A stretch of DNA of 63,507 nucleotides, filler included, from Candidatus Woesearchaeota archaeon (GTDB lineage: Archaea > Nanobdellota > Nanobdellia > Woesearchaeales > WJIZ01): NCBI GenBank assembly GCA_018221205.1. It is 7 parts of 7 records of this genome, joined end to end, with 100 filler letters (N's around TTAATTAATTAA, not from the genome) between each part and the next. Parts side by side here need not be neighbours in the genome. Positions count along the whole stretch, not along the records: positions 9,797 to 17,713 come from JAAOYF010000033.1; positions 17,814 to 30,780 come from JAAOYF010000035.1; 5 more parts are not named here. One strand, 5' to 3'. The translations under genes and the position numbers were made by a program. The notes beneath the pieces are model-generated. The model was not told the origin of the DNA. It ran no database searches and saw nothing but the letters and a program-made list of their open reading frames with translations. The first letter of the stretch is position 1. The number at the start of each line of letters is the position of its first letter. This document shows, one piece after another, positions 9,797 through 18,893 of the stretch.

Positions 9797-9875
9797 AAGT
9801 ACATAGTAAATCAAGAACAACACCACGCAGAAGCTTAAGCGGATACCCCGACTTTCAAGTCGGGGAGGAGGTCAT
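9797..9875 (+). mobile_element. tnpA: IS200/IS605-family element end, copy 1 (tnpA 3' end plus subterminal hairpin)
   Basis: 9797-9838 encodes KYIVNQEQHHAEA* (Y1 catalytic YxxxQ helix); hairpin CCCCGACTT-tc-AAGTCGGGG 9846-9865; identity with the other copies ends at GGAGGTCAT. Confidence 0.85.
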
Positions 9876-10131
9876 TCATGAGCCTGTTACCTCTGTCAAT
9901 CAGACTGGTCAGAGCACTTCTTTAGAACTCACTCTTCGTGATGATGCTTCCCCTTTCATGAGAATACTCTCTCGTGAAGTGTGGATCGGAAGAGGGAGAG
10001 ATCCTCATGCACCCACTTATGAAGCTGCGACTTCTGTTCAAAACAGATACACTTTTCATGATCCTGGAGAATATTTTGTCAGAATGGGTCCTGATATGAA
10101 CGATCCCCATTTTTGGTTATACTGTACTTAA
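9874..10131 (+). pseudogene. 3' remnant of a gene abutting the IS end
   Basis: 86-codon frame open from the IS boundary (IHEPVTSV...YTFHDPGEYFVR...LYCT*), no start at its 5' end. Confidence 0.45.
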
Positions 10132-11753
10132 TGCTTAAACAATCTTATACCAGAAAAAACCATTGCGATATCATGTTCATTTGCGGCTTCTATGACTTCT
10201 TTATCTCTGATTGAGCCGCCTGGCTGGATTATTGCTGATATGCCTGCTTTTGCGATCTCATCGATGCCGTCCCTGAAAGGGAAGAATGCGTCTGAGCAGC
10301 ATGTTGCGCCTTTTGCTTTCTCTCCTGATTTTCTTGTGGCGATCATTGAGGAATCAACTCGTGACATCTGGCCTGCGCCTATTCCTACAGTACAATTATC
10401 TTTCACATAGATGACTGAATTTGATTTCACATGCTTGCAGACTTTTATGGCAAAGAGCATGTCCTGGAGCTGTTCTTTTGATGGTTGATTCTTGGTCGGG
10501 CAGATAAATTCTATTTTCTCTGTCTTTCTCCAGTTCTCAAGGATATTCTTGATATCGTCTTTTGTCGGGTTGTCATTTTTCGCGACCTTTACATCTTCTA
10601 GATGCAGATCAGGGAAATCTCTTGTCTGGAACAATGCTCCGCCAATAACTTTCTTACAGTCATATAGGTCATGCCTGCACTCGATGCCGTAGCAATCTGG
10701 TAGGCTTGGCAATCTCAATAATCTGAGATTCTTCTTCCCTTCTAATATCTTTAATGTGGCATCGTCGAAATTAGGTGCGATGATGACCTCAATAAACTTA
10801 TCTTTCAGGAATTCAGCGCAATCCTTATCCATATCCCTATTGAGAGCGATGACACAGCCAAAAGCAGACAATGAATCTGCATTATAGGCCCTCTTCAGCG
10901 CCTCACAGACGTTCTCTGATACTGCCACGCCAGATGGATTGGCATGTTTGATGACAGCAACACAGGGCTGCTTGAACTCTTTTATGATATTCAATGCAGA
11001 ATCTGCATCCATGATGTTGTTATAGGAGAGCTCTTTTCCTTGGAGCTGCTCTGCGATACCGACAGAAGGCTCGATGATCTGCTCATCAGTGTAAAAAGCG
11101 GCCTGTTGGTGAGGATTTTCGCCATAGCGCATCTCTTGTTTCTTGGAGAAATTCCTTATGATAGTACCAGGGAAAAGCTCCCCTTTATCTGAGAGATAGT
11201 CCATTATCTCCCTATCATACAGGGAAGTTCGTGTGAAGACCTTTTTTGCCAGCTCTTTTCGCTTTTCTATCGGGATCTCTTTTTTATCTTTTATGGCTTC
11301 ACTGATCTCTTGGTAATCATTTGGATCAGTAATGACGATGACATCCTTGAAGTTCTTAGCTGCACTTCTCAGCATCGAAGGGCCGCCGATGTCGATCATC
11401 TCGATTGTTTCCTCAAAACTGAGCTTTTTCTTTACTGTTTCTTCGAATGGGTAGAGGTTGACGACGACCATATCGATCATTTCAATGTTGTTATCTTTCG
11501 CCTGCTGCATGTGGCCTTTGTTAGCTCTTAAGGCTAGCAAACCCCCATACACTTTTGGATGCAACGTCTTCACTCTGCCGTCCATCATCTCAGGAAAACC
11601 TGTATACTCAGAGACGTCTTTCACTTTTATTCCTGCCTCAGCAAGCTTTTTTGCTGTGCCTCCTGTTGACAGGATCTCCCATCCTGATGAGGTAAGAACT
11701 TTTGCAAAGTCTATGATCCCTTCCTTGTTGAATACTGAGATGAGCGCTTTCAT
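10128..11753 (-). CDS. purH: Bifunctional AICAR transformylase/IMP cyclohydrolase
   Basis: ALISV, STGGTA, GRVKTLHP, RYGENPHQ, GAGQMSRVDS, SDAFFPFRD. Confidence 0.97.
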   Translation of the reverse strand: MKALISVFNKEGIIDFAKVLTSSGWEILSTGGTAKKLAEAGIKVKDVSEYTGFPEMMDGRVKTLHPKVYGGLLALRANKGHMQQAKDNNIEMIDMVVVNLYPFEETVKKKLSFEETIEMIDIGGPSMLRSAAKNFKDVIVITDPNDYQEISEAIKDKKEIPIEKRKELAKKVFTRTSLYDREIMDYLSDKGELFPGTIIRNFSKKQEMRYGENPHQQAAFYTDEQIIEPSVGIAEQLQGKELSYNNIMDADSALNIIKEFKQPCVAVIKHANPSGVAVSENVCEALKRAYNADSLSAFGCVIALNRDMDKDCAEFLKDKFIEVIIAPNFDDATLKILEGKKNLRLLRLPSLPDCYGIECRHDLYDCKKVIGGALFQTRDFPDLHLEDVKVAKNDNPTKDDIKNILENWRKTEKIEFICPTKNQPSKEQLQDMLFAIKVCKHVKSNSVIYVKDNCTVGIGAGQMSRVDSSMIATRKSGEKAKGATCCSDAFFPFRDGIDEIAKAGISAIIQPGGSIRDKEVIEAANEHDIAMVFSGIRLFKH

Positions 11754-12367
11754 GTTATGGTTACCTTGTTGCCTTCTACTTTTAATCTTTTATCCTTGAA
11801 TAGATTGATGGCCTCTATAAACCCTTCTCCTTCGAGCTTCTGGACCTTTGCTTTTAATGTATCAACAGTTTCTTCTGGAGTTATTTCACATCTTTTCTGG
11901 ATGACTATCGGGCCTGTATCTGCTCCTTCATCCACAAAATGGATGGTCATGCCCGTCTCCTTCTCTTTGTTATCTAAGACGACCTGATGGACGCTCTTAT
12001 CCATGCCACCAGCGTATTTCGGCAGCAAAGAAGGATGGACATTCATCACTCTGTTACGCCATCTATCGACAAATTCCTTTGAGATGAAGCGCATGTATCC
12101 TATCAATAATACCAATTCAACGCCTTTTTCATCAAGGAGCTTCATGACTTCCTGGTCGAATTCTTCCCTTGATTTTCCTTTTGCGTCGATGAAGACAGCT
12201 TCAAGATTATGCTTTTTTGCCCGTTCTAAGATATATGCATCCTGCCTGTTAGAAATCACGCATTCGATAGAAGCATCGAGCTCTTTTATTTCGATCTTGT
12301 CTATGATATACTGTAGATCTGTGCCACTGGTAGAGCCTAAAACTGCTAGCTTTATGATATCAATCAC
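11750..12367 (-). CDS. purN: Phosphoribosylglycinamide formyltransferase
   Basis: GYMRF, NVHPSLLP, TGMTIHFVDEGADTGPI. Confidence 0.95.
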   Translation of the reverse strand: MIDIIKLAVLGSTSGTDLQYIIDKIEIKELDASIECVISNRQDAYILERAKKHNLEAVFIDAKGKSREEFDQEVMKLLDEKGVELVLLIGYMRFISKEFVDRWRNRVMNVHPSLLPKYAGGMDKSVHQVVLDNKEKETGMTIHFVDEGADTGPIVIQKRCEITPEETVDTLKAKVQKLEGEGFIEAINLFKDKRLKVEGNKVTIT

Positions 12368-12444
12368 CAGTACAAATTAAAACTAAATGCGCTTTATATA
12401 CTTAACGGTTAAATTTATTAATAAATCCAGGTCACTTTTCCGTT

Positions 12445-13059
12445 ATGGATGATATCGCTTTCATCAGGAAATTCTATGAAGAGCATCTGAAGAAATATGG
12501 TAAGGATGACATAAGGGCTATGGGCTGGCATGAGGAAGATGAGTACTCCATACGCTTTGAGGTGGTCACTACAGTGGGTGATCTACATAATGCATCTATC
12601 CTTGATGTTGGCTGCGGTTTTGGAGGATTGTACAAGCATCTGATCTCTGAAAAGGTGAAGAATTTCTCTTATTTAGGTGTTGATATCCTACCAAAGATGA
12701 TCGATATCGCGAAAGAGAAAAATCCCACTGGGAAATTCGAGGTAAAGGATATCCTTAAAGATAGAATGTCCCGGGTTGATTATGTCTTCTGCATCGGTTC
12801 GTTGAACATCACCACTAAGAATTTTGATGAGTATTTCAGGAAAATTCTTAAGAAGCTGATCAGCTTGGCTAAAAAAGCAGTTGTCGTGAGTTTCTTGTCA
12901 AAACCTCATTATCTCGTGAGCGGGTCTTATCATTTTGAGGATCCGCATAAGCTGAAGCCTGTTTTAGAGAAAGAATATGGCGTCTCTATTGAGATTATCG
13001 AGGATAAGCGGTTAAGTGGAGAAAGCTGTCTGTTTGTTCGGAAAAAATCATCTCTGTAG
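12445..13059 (+). CDS. Class I SAM-dependent methyltransferase
   Basis: ILDVGCGFG motif I, YLGVDI. Confidence 0.88.
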   Translation: MDDIAFIRKFYEEHLKKYGKDDIRAMGWHEEDEYSIRFEVVTTVGDLHNASILDVGCGFGGLYKHLISEKVKNFSYLGVDILPKMIDIAKEKNPTGKFEVKDILKDRMSRVDYVFCIGSLNITTKNFDEYFRKILKKLISLAKKAVVVSFLSKPHYLVSGSYHFEDPHKLKPVLEKEYGVSIEIIEDKRLSGESCLFVRKKSSL

Positions 13060-13887
13060 ATTATAGCATTCTAAACAATTCTCGAGAAGCATAGTGATGG
13101 TCATGGGCCCTACTCCACCCGGAACGGGAGTGATATGAGAGGCTACTTTTTTCACGTTTTCGAAATCGACATCTCCTGTCAATGTCCCATCTTCCAATCT
13201 GCTCGTGCCTACGTCAATGACGACGGCTCCCTTTTTGACCATGTCTTTTGTTATCAGATTGGGCTTGCCTACTGCTGCCACCAAGATATCTGCATCTTTT
13301 GTTATATTCTTCAGATCCTTTGTTTTGGAGTGGCACATGGTGACTGTGCAATGCTTCTGTTGGAGCAGCAGAGCAATCGGCTTTCCGACGATATTGCTCC
13401 TACCGACGATGACGGCATGCCTGCCCTCTAATTCGATGTTATACTCTTCCAATAGCTTTATGATGCCCTTTGGAGTGGCTGAGACAATAGAATTATTATT
13501 TAACATAAGATTCCCTAAGTTGATCGGAGAGAAGCCGTCTGCATCTTTCATAGGCAGGATGCTTTCGATAACTAATTTTTCATCGATATGTTTAGGCAAG
13601 GGAAGCTGGACAATGAATCCATGGATCGCTTCATTGCTGTTCAGTTCATCGATCTTCTTCAGAAGTTCGGTCTCTTGGATTGTATCAGGCAGCTCTATCT
13701 TCTCAAAATGCATGCCTATGTCCTTTGCTGCATTCTCTTTTCCAGTGACATATGTTTTTGACGCAGGATGATCTCCGACGATGATGACTGCCAGGCCAGG
13801 CTTGGGATCCAGTTGACTCACTGTTTCTTTTATCTGCTCCCTTAATCTGGCAGCTGTTTCCTTTCCGTCGATGATCTGGAAGGTCAT
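13048..13887 (-). CDS. folD: Methylene-THF dehydrogenase/cyclohydrolase
   Basis: VQLPLP, KDADG, GRSNIVGKP, TPVPGGVGPMT. Confidence 0.97.
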   Translation of the reverse strand: MTFQIIDGKETAARLREQIKETVSQLDPKPGLAVIIVGDHPASKTYVTGKENAAKDIGMHFEKIELPDTIQETELLKKIDELNSNEAIHGFIVQLPLPKHIDEKLVIESILPMKDADGFSPINLGNLMLNNNSIVSATPKGIIKLLEEYNIELEGRHAVIVGRSNIVGKPIALLLQQKHCTVTMCHSKTKDLKNITKDADILVAAVGKPNLITKDMVKKGAVVIDVGTSRLEDGTLTGDVDFENVKKVASHITPVPGGVGPMTITMLLENCLECYNLQR

Positions 13888-15188
13888 AGTAATGTCTCCT
13901 TATCTTTGATTATGGTCTGTGAGCGTTTTGGACCTACTGAAACGATTGAAATCGGTACTTTGCAGATCTCTTCTATCTTCTCTAGATAATCCTGAGCGTT
14001 TTTTGGCAGGTCCTTGAATGATGTTATCTGAGTGATGTCATCATCCCATCCTGGCATGCTTGTGTAGATGGGCTTTGCCTTTTCCTGCTGTTCTGTGTCT
14101 AAAGGAAAATGGTCGAGCTTTTTCCCGTCTACTTCATAACCGATACATATCTTGATCTCTTTCAGATGGTTGAGGACATCTACTTTAGTGATGACCAGGG
14201 ATGAGAGGCCGTTGATCGCGATAGCATACTTTGCTGCTACTGCATCGAACCAACCTGTCCGTCTCGGCCTGCCGGTTGTGGTGCCGTATTCAAAGCCTTG
14301 CATCCTCAATAGTCTGCCTTGGCTGTATTCATCATCATTATTTGCTGCTGAAGTGACTTTCCTGTTCAATCTGGTAAAAGCCTCATCGCTCAATTCTTTC
14401 TTAAGATCATAGATAGAATCTTCATTTTTCGTCTGGTTATATGTTCCTAATTCTGTCGGGAACGGACCTTCCCCTACTCTGGTGATATATGCTTTGAATA
14501 TGCCTATCACTGAATCGATCTTTGTCGGGCCAAAGCCAGAGCCTGTCAATGCCCCTCCAGCTGTAGGATTTGAGGAAGTGACATAAGGATATGTACCATG
14601 ATCAATGTCCAATAATGTGCCTTGTGCACCCTCGAAAAGGATCTTCTTCCCTTTTTTGTAGGCTGTATCAATGATGATGTACGTATCTTGAATGAGCGGC
14701 CTTAATTTTTGAGCTGATGCTGTGTTTTTTGTGACATAGTCTCCCATACGTATGCCTGTTCTTGCAATTTTGTCTTTGTAGCACGGACCTATGCCCCTTC
14801 CTGTTGTACCTATCTTCTTTGATTCTGGATTCTTTTCTGGATTGTCCTCTACACGGTGTTTCTCTAAGATAGTGTGCGCAGAAGAGGAGATGATAAGGCT
14901 TTTTCCTATGTCAAAATCCATATTCTCTAATGTCTTTATCTCGCTTACGAGAACATCGGGATCAAGGACAGTGCCGTTTGAGATTATGTTCAGCTTTCCT
15001 TTATGGATTATCCCTGATGGTATGAGATGGAACTTGTAGGTCTTCTCTCCGACAACGACTGTATGGCCTGCGTTATTGCCGCCTGCGAAACGTACAATGA
15101 CGTCTGCCTTTTCAGTCAAGAAATCGACAATCTTTCCTTTTCCTTCGTCGCCCCACTGTCCGCCGACGATTATAAGCGTCTGAACCAT
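13884..15188 (-). CDS. purA: Adenylosuccinate synthetase
   Basis: GGQWGDEGKGK, GGNNAGHT, EGAQG, EYGTTTGRPRR. Confidence 0.97.
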   Translation of the reverse strand: MVQTLIIVGGQWGDEGKGKIVDFLTEKADVIVRFAGGNNAGHTVVVGEKTYKFHLIPSGIIHKGKLNIISNGTVLDPDVLVSEIKTLENMDFDIGKSLIISSSAHTILEKHRVEDNPEKNPESKKIGTTGRGIGPCYKDKIARTGIRMGDYVTKNTASAQKLRPLIQDTYIIIDTAYKKGKKILFEGAQGTLLDIDHGTYPYVTSSNPTAGGALTGSGFGPTKIDSVIGIFKAYITRVGEGPFPTELGTYNQTKNEDSIYDLKKELSDEAFTRLNRKVTSAANNDDEYSQGRLLRMQGFEYGTTTGRPRRTGWFDAVAAKYAIAINGLSSLVITKVDVLNHLKEIKICIGYEVDGKKLDHFPLDTEQQEKAKPIYTSMPGWDDDITQITSFKDLPKNAQDYLEKIEEICKVPISIVSVGPKRSQTIIKDKETLL

Positions 15189-15265
15189 GACTAAAACTAA
15201 TAACTATGAGTTTTTAAAGGTTATGTAAGGGCAAGCTTTATAAATAGTCCATTTTTCCTAGACCT

Positions 15266-15649
15266 ATGGCAATATCACAGAAAAGGTCTAAGAGAAAGCC
15301 CACAGGCGGACGATATAAATCTGCCTTTTCTAAAAAGCAGTATGAATTAGGATCGAATCCTACGCTTACCAAACTGGAGAAAGTCAAACGAGTGAGCCGA
15401 AGAGTCATCGGCAGCAATCAGAAGACCAAGTTCCTGGCTGCTGATATGGTGAACGTGGTTGATCCAAAGACCAAGAAAAATAAGATAGTCAAGATAAAGC
15501 AAGTGACTGATAATCCTGCAAACCGGAACTATATCAGGCGAAACATCCTGACCATGGGATGCGTCGTTGAGACTGAGCTCGGCAAAGCCAAGATCACTTC
15601 AAGGCCAGGCCAAGTAGGAACGTTGAATGCTGTGCTTATTTCTAAATAA
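15266..15649 (+). CDS. rps8e: 30S ribosomal protein S8e
   Basis: RSKRKPTGG, NPANRNYIRRN, TSRPGQ. Confidence 0.97.
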   Translation: MAISQKRSKRKPTGGRYKSAFSKKQYELGSNPTLTKLEKVKRVSRRVIGSNQKTKFLAADMVNVVDPKTKKNKIVKIKQVTDNPANRNYIRRNILTMGCVVETELGKAKITSRPGQVGTLNAVLISK

Positions 15650-15712
15650 TTGTTACTTTTTGGTAGTTAAATATTAGAAAGATTTATAAATCGTCTATTG
15701 ATTGGAGTCACT

Positions 15713-16447
15713 ATGGCACAACGTCGAGTACATCTTACAGCTAAAACTCAAATCTTGGAGAAGATCATGGATAGTTATCAGACTCGTTTCTTTAAAGGCA
15801 AAGATGTCTTTGACGGCTCGGCTCTTGAAGTGACAGTAGAGCATGAAACTAGGATGAATCCTAAAGCTAGTGGGAAGTCGACTGTTTTCATTGCCCGTGG
15901 AAATTGGCTTGCTGATGGAAAACGAAAACCTGCTTTTCGAAGAACAGAAGACATCATGGACTGGAGAGGGGTCAAGGTTGATGCAGATGATTATACCGCG
16001 CGAATAAAGCATAGTCTAGATCCTGCTTTTTATCGTGCTGATACTCAGGAAAGGGGGAGAGTTGTGATCACCCCGAAAGTATCCTATAATGATGTCGTCC
16101 ATGCTATTGAAAAGTATGTTCGGTCTATGGGTGGAAAGCTGTCACAGAAGGAATTTGTGGAAGTTGTCGGTGGAGCACCATTCAAGGTCATCCAATGGGA
16201 AGAGAAGCGGCATAGAAAGATTAGATCCGATAGGCTATACACTATTAGAGATATCTTTGACTTTTCTCGGGAGATGTATACTGATAATTTTAAGATTGAC
16301 AAAAATGTGGGTCATGATATACAAAGAGGAGTCTGGCAGACACGGATGAATCGTAGATATCACGTCTCTTCGATTTATCAGAGAGTTTTAGACCTCCTGG
16401 ATCCACCTGAGAAAAAAGAAGAGCATGTACAAGGGAATCTTTTTTGA
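15713..16447 (+). CDS. Hypothetical protein
   Basis: Long ORF downstream of a TATA box; no recognised motif. Confidence 0.6.
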   Translation: MAQRRVHLTAKTQILEKIMDSYQTRFFKGKDVFDGSALEVTVEHETRMNPKASGKSTVFIARGNWLADGKRKPAFRRTEDIMDWRGVKVDADDYTARIKHSLDPAFYRADTQERGRVVITPKVSYNDVVHAIEKYVRSMGGKLSQKEFVEVVGGAPFKVIQWEEKRHRKIRSDRLYTIRDIFDFSREMYTDNFKIDKNVGHDIQRGVWQTRMNRRYHVSSIYQRVLDLLDPPEKKEEHVQGNLF

Positions 16448-16490
16448 CGCATAATCTTTTGAAAAGTCTTAAATAGCTTGCAATCTCCTT

Positions 16491-17240
16491 ATGCGCATGG
16501 CGAGTTCACTCACCCTCATTGTCATCATCCTGATAATTCTTGTAATCTTTCTTGCGCTGTCACTGGTCAAGAAATTGATCCAATGGGCTGTTGTGGCTGC
16601 TGCACTGATCATCATCATCTCAGTCTTCACCAATATCAACATCGAGAAGGATTTTTTGCGCCTTAAGCAAGGAGAGGGGGAGACAAGTATCATTCTTGTC
16701 CATGATGGAGATCCTTTCATGGGATTCACAAGGACTGATGGGATTGAATTTCTGGATGATTTAGATATCGACTGCGGTCCTGAACATAAGATATATACTT
16801 ACGATACTAAACTCTTTGAGTCTCTTGAAACAGTCACGATCAACAATAAAGAAGTGAGCGGAGAGCAGATCTATGCTCTTTTCGAAGATGATCAGCTCAT
16901 CTCTTCTCTTACTTATGAGGATTTTCTTGTCGGCGTTGATTTTGAGGATCCAAAGAAAACTGATAAGGATCTTGTCTATGGGGTTGATTTTGGAGTCACC
17001 CCAGAAGTGTATAAGCGAGGTCTTTTTATCTATCTGCATGAGAAAGAATTGAAGATGACGAAAAGCCCCTTGCAATTCTTCAGATTGTATAAGGAAGACC
17101 TGATTGAGGTCTGTCCTGAGACCATCTTCTTCACGTTCTCGAAGATAGTGCCTCTTTCCTGGATTGATGAAAAACTTAATAAACTCAAGGATACTGTGGG
17201 TGAGATAGAAAAAAGAGGTCCTGATGGGTTTTTTAGGTAA
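16491..17240 (+). CDS. Membrane-anchored hypothetical protein
   Basis: Two N-terminal TM helices, acidic soluble domain. Confidence 0.7.
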   Translation: MRMASSLTLIVIILIILVIFLALSLVKKLIQWAVVAAALIIIISVFTNINIEKDFLRLKQGEGETSIILVHDGDPFMGFTRTDGIEFLDDLDIDCGPEHKIYTYDTKLFESLETVTINNKEVSGEQIYALFEDDQLISSLTYEDFLVGVDFEDPKKTDKDLVYGVDFGVTPEVYKRGLFIYLHEKELKMTKSPLQFFRLYKEDLIEVCPETIFFTFSKIVPLSWIDEKLNKLKDTVGEIEKRGPDGFFR

Positions 17241-17619
17241 ATTAGCTTTTTGGAAGAAGAATGAACCAGATTTTGGATCTGATATGGGTATGCCTAATAC
17301 AGATTTCTCTGCTCAGAATGATTTAGGTCTGCCCAAACCAGATCCTACTGCTTTCCAAGGTGTAGGAGATCCTGAAGGACAGCGTTCTATGAATCAAAGC
17401 CTCTCTCAGCAGATGGCTCCTGATCCTCGCAGCACTGGTTATAGTACCTTCTCTCAGCCGCCTGTGCAACAGCAGCAGCAACATAATGGTGCTGATATGG
17501 AAGTTGTTCTAGCTAAATTAGATGCTTTGAAAGCAAGTTTAGATAGTATTAATCAACGCTTGCAGAATATTGAAAGAATAGCCTATGCTGAGCAGCAGGA
17601 TAGTAAGTATCGGTGGTAA
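17224..17619 (+). CDS. Hypothetical protein with C-terminal coiled coil
   Basis: Low-complexity P/Q middle; DMEVVLAKLDALKASLDSINQRLQNIER. Confidence 0.7.
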   Translation: MGFLGKLAFWKKNEPDFGSDMGMPNTDFSAQNDLGLPKPDPTAFQGVGDPEGQRSMNQSLSQQMAPDPRSTGYSTFSQPPVQQQQQHNGADMEVVLAKLDALKASLDSINQRLQNIERIAYAEQQDSKYRW

Positions 17620-17635
17620 GATTTTAGTCCTTATT

Positions 17636-17713
17636 ATGACCTCCTCCCCGACTTGAAAGTCGGGGTATCCGCTTAAGCTTCTGCGTGGTGTTGTTCTTGA
17701 TTTACTATGTACT
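17636..17713 (-). mobile_element. tnpA: IS200/IS605-family element end, copy 2
   Basis: Exact reverse complement of 9798-9875. Confidence 0.85.
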
Positions 17714-17813
17714 NNNNNNNNNNNNNNNNNNNNNNNNNNNNNNNNNNNNNNNNNNNNTTAATTAATTAANNNNNNNNNNNNNNNNNNNNNNNNNNNNNNN
17801 NNNNNNNNNNNNN
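17714..17813. other. Artificial contig linker
   Basis: N/TTAATTAATTAA/N. Confidence 0.99.
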
Positions 17814-17814
17814 A

Positions 17815-17909
17815 AGCCCCCGGCGAGACTTGAACTCGCGATCTTCTGCTGTCTGAAATCAAACCTTGATTTTACGAGGCAGACGCATTAGCCGCTATGC
17901 TACGGGAGC
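17815..17909 (-). tRNA. tRNA-Thr(CGU) with 22-nt intron at 37/38 (17851-17872)
   Basis: Acceptor GCTCCCG/CGGGGGC, D stem GCAT/ATGC, anticodon stem TCTGC/GCAGA with CT-CGT-A, T arm GCGAG-TTCAAGT-CTCGC. Confidence 0.9.
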
Positions 17910-17945
17910 ATATTCTTAGAATAAGGCAGGGTCTTAAAAACATTA

Positions 17946-18104
17946 TTATTTCATGTTAGCCAGCATGTCCTCTTTCTTGGGAAATTTCTTCTGGCATTCG
18001 AAGCAGATCGTATGTTTCTTGCCCTTGGCATCTTTTATATGAGTGCCTATGATCTTCTTCAGAAAGGTCTCTTGCACTTTTGTTTTGCAGATGGCGCATT
18101 TCAT
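17946..18104 (-). CDS. Small zinc-finger protein
   Basis: MKCAICK...HTICFECQ; start taken at MKC. Confidence 0.75.
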   Translation of the reverse strand: MKCAICKTKVQETFLKKIIGTHIKDAKGKKHTICFECQKKFPKKEDMLANMK

Positions 18105-18329
18105 GATTTGAAAAAATGAGATTTGATTTAAAAAACTATGCTTCTTCATGTTATTATAAATTATAAAGAAATTGAGCATTTGTGAATTAAGACAGAATGA
18201 GTTTTATCGACCATAAATAAGACAAAATGTTTATTTTCACTACCTCTAATATAGCCATTTTAGTATAGAAAACTATATAAAGGAGTTACTCTCTTAGAAG
18301 TAGCATATTTAGTCTTTTTTTTCATATAT

Positions 18330-18433
18330 GCCCTATATATTGTGTTTAAAGCTGAAAAAAACAGAAAGCTTTAAATATGGAGTCTGGGACTAGATGTTGT
18401 GTCCCTTTCTCATGAGAACACTAGATATCGAGG
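18330..18433 (+). promoter_or_regulatory. NrdR boxes around an archaeal TATA box
   Basis: gccCTATATATTGTGT (18330), ggaCTAGATGTTGTGT (18387), acaCTAGATATCGagg (18418); last two are 31 bp apart; TTTAAATA at 18370. Confidence 0.75.
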
Positions 18434-18439
18434 ATAACG

Positions 18440-18886
18440 ATGCAATGCCCCTACTGCCCCCACAACGAGACCAAAGTGAATGATAGTAGGGACAATGAAG
18501 ATTCTGTCAGGCGGAGAAGAGAATGTCTCAAATGCCACAAGCGCTTCACTACCTATGAGAGGGCCGAGATCATGGACCTTGTTGTGGTGAAGAAGGACGG
18601 GAGGAGAGAGGATTTCTCTCGGAATAAACTGATCAGGAGCCTCATGATCCCCTGCCAGAAGAGGCCCATCAAGAGGGCGGAGATCGAGCGGGTGACTGAT
18701 CATATTGAACTTGAATTGAGGAAGAGAGATAATCTGGAAGTCCTGAGCACAGACATAGGAGAATTGGTCATGTCGAAACTCAAGCAGCTGGACAAGGTTG
18801 CTTACATACGCTTTGCTTCTGTCTATAGGGAGTTTGCAGATGTGAACCAATTCAAGAAAGAGCTCAGAATGTTATTGAAAACATAG
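18440..18886 (+). CDS. nrdR: Transcriptional repressor NrdR
   Basis: MQCPYC, VNDSR, RRRRECLKCHKRFTTYE, ATP cone, VAYIRFASVY. Confidence 0.97.
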   Translation: MQCPYCPHNETKVNDSRDNEDSVRRRRECLKCHKRFTTYERAEIMDLVVVKKDGRREDFSRNKLIRSLMIPCQKRPIKRAEIERVTDHIELELRKRDNLEVLSTDIGELVMSKLKQLDKVAYIRFASVYREFADVNQFKKELRMLLKT

Positions 18887-18893
18887 GTGAAAC

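Noticed and set aside
9797..9875. Repeat as CRISPR repeat or simple terminator
   Set aside because: Copies are dispersed, lack spacers and include a transposase C-terminus; no CRISPR array or cas gene seen.
12378..15200. Shared TAAAACTAA upstream of purN and purA
   Set aside because: Only 9 bp and AT-rich; expected by chance.
9797..17713. Composite transposon carrying purine genes
   Set aside because: Segment includes core rps8e and the same IS end faces inward on both sides; independent insertions are simpler.
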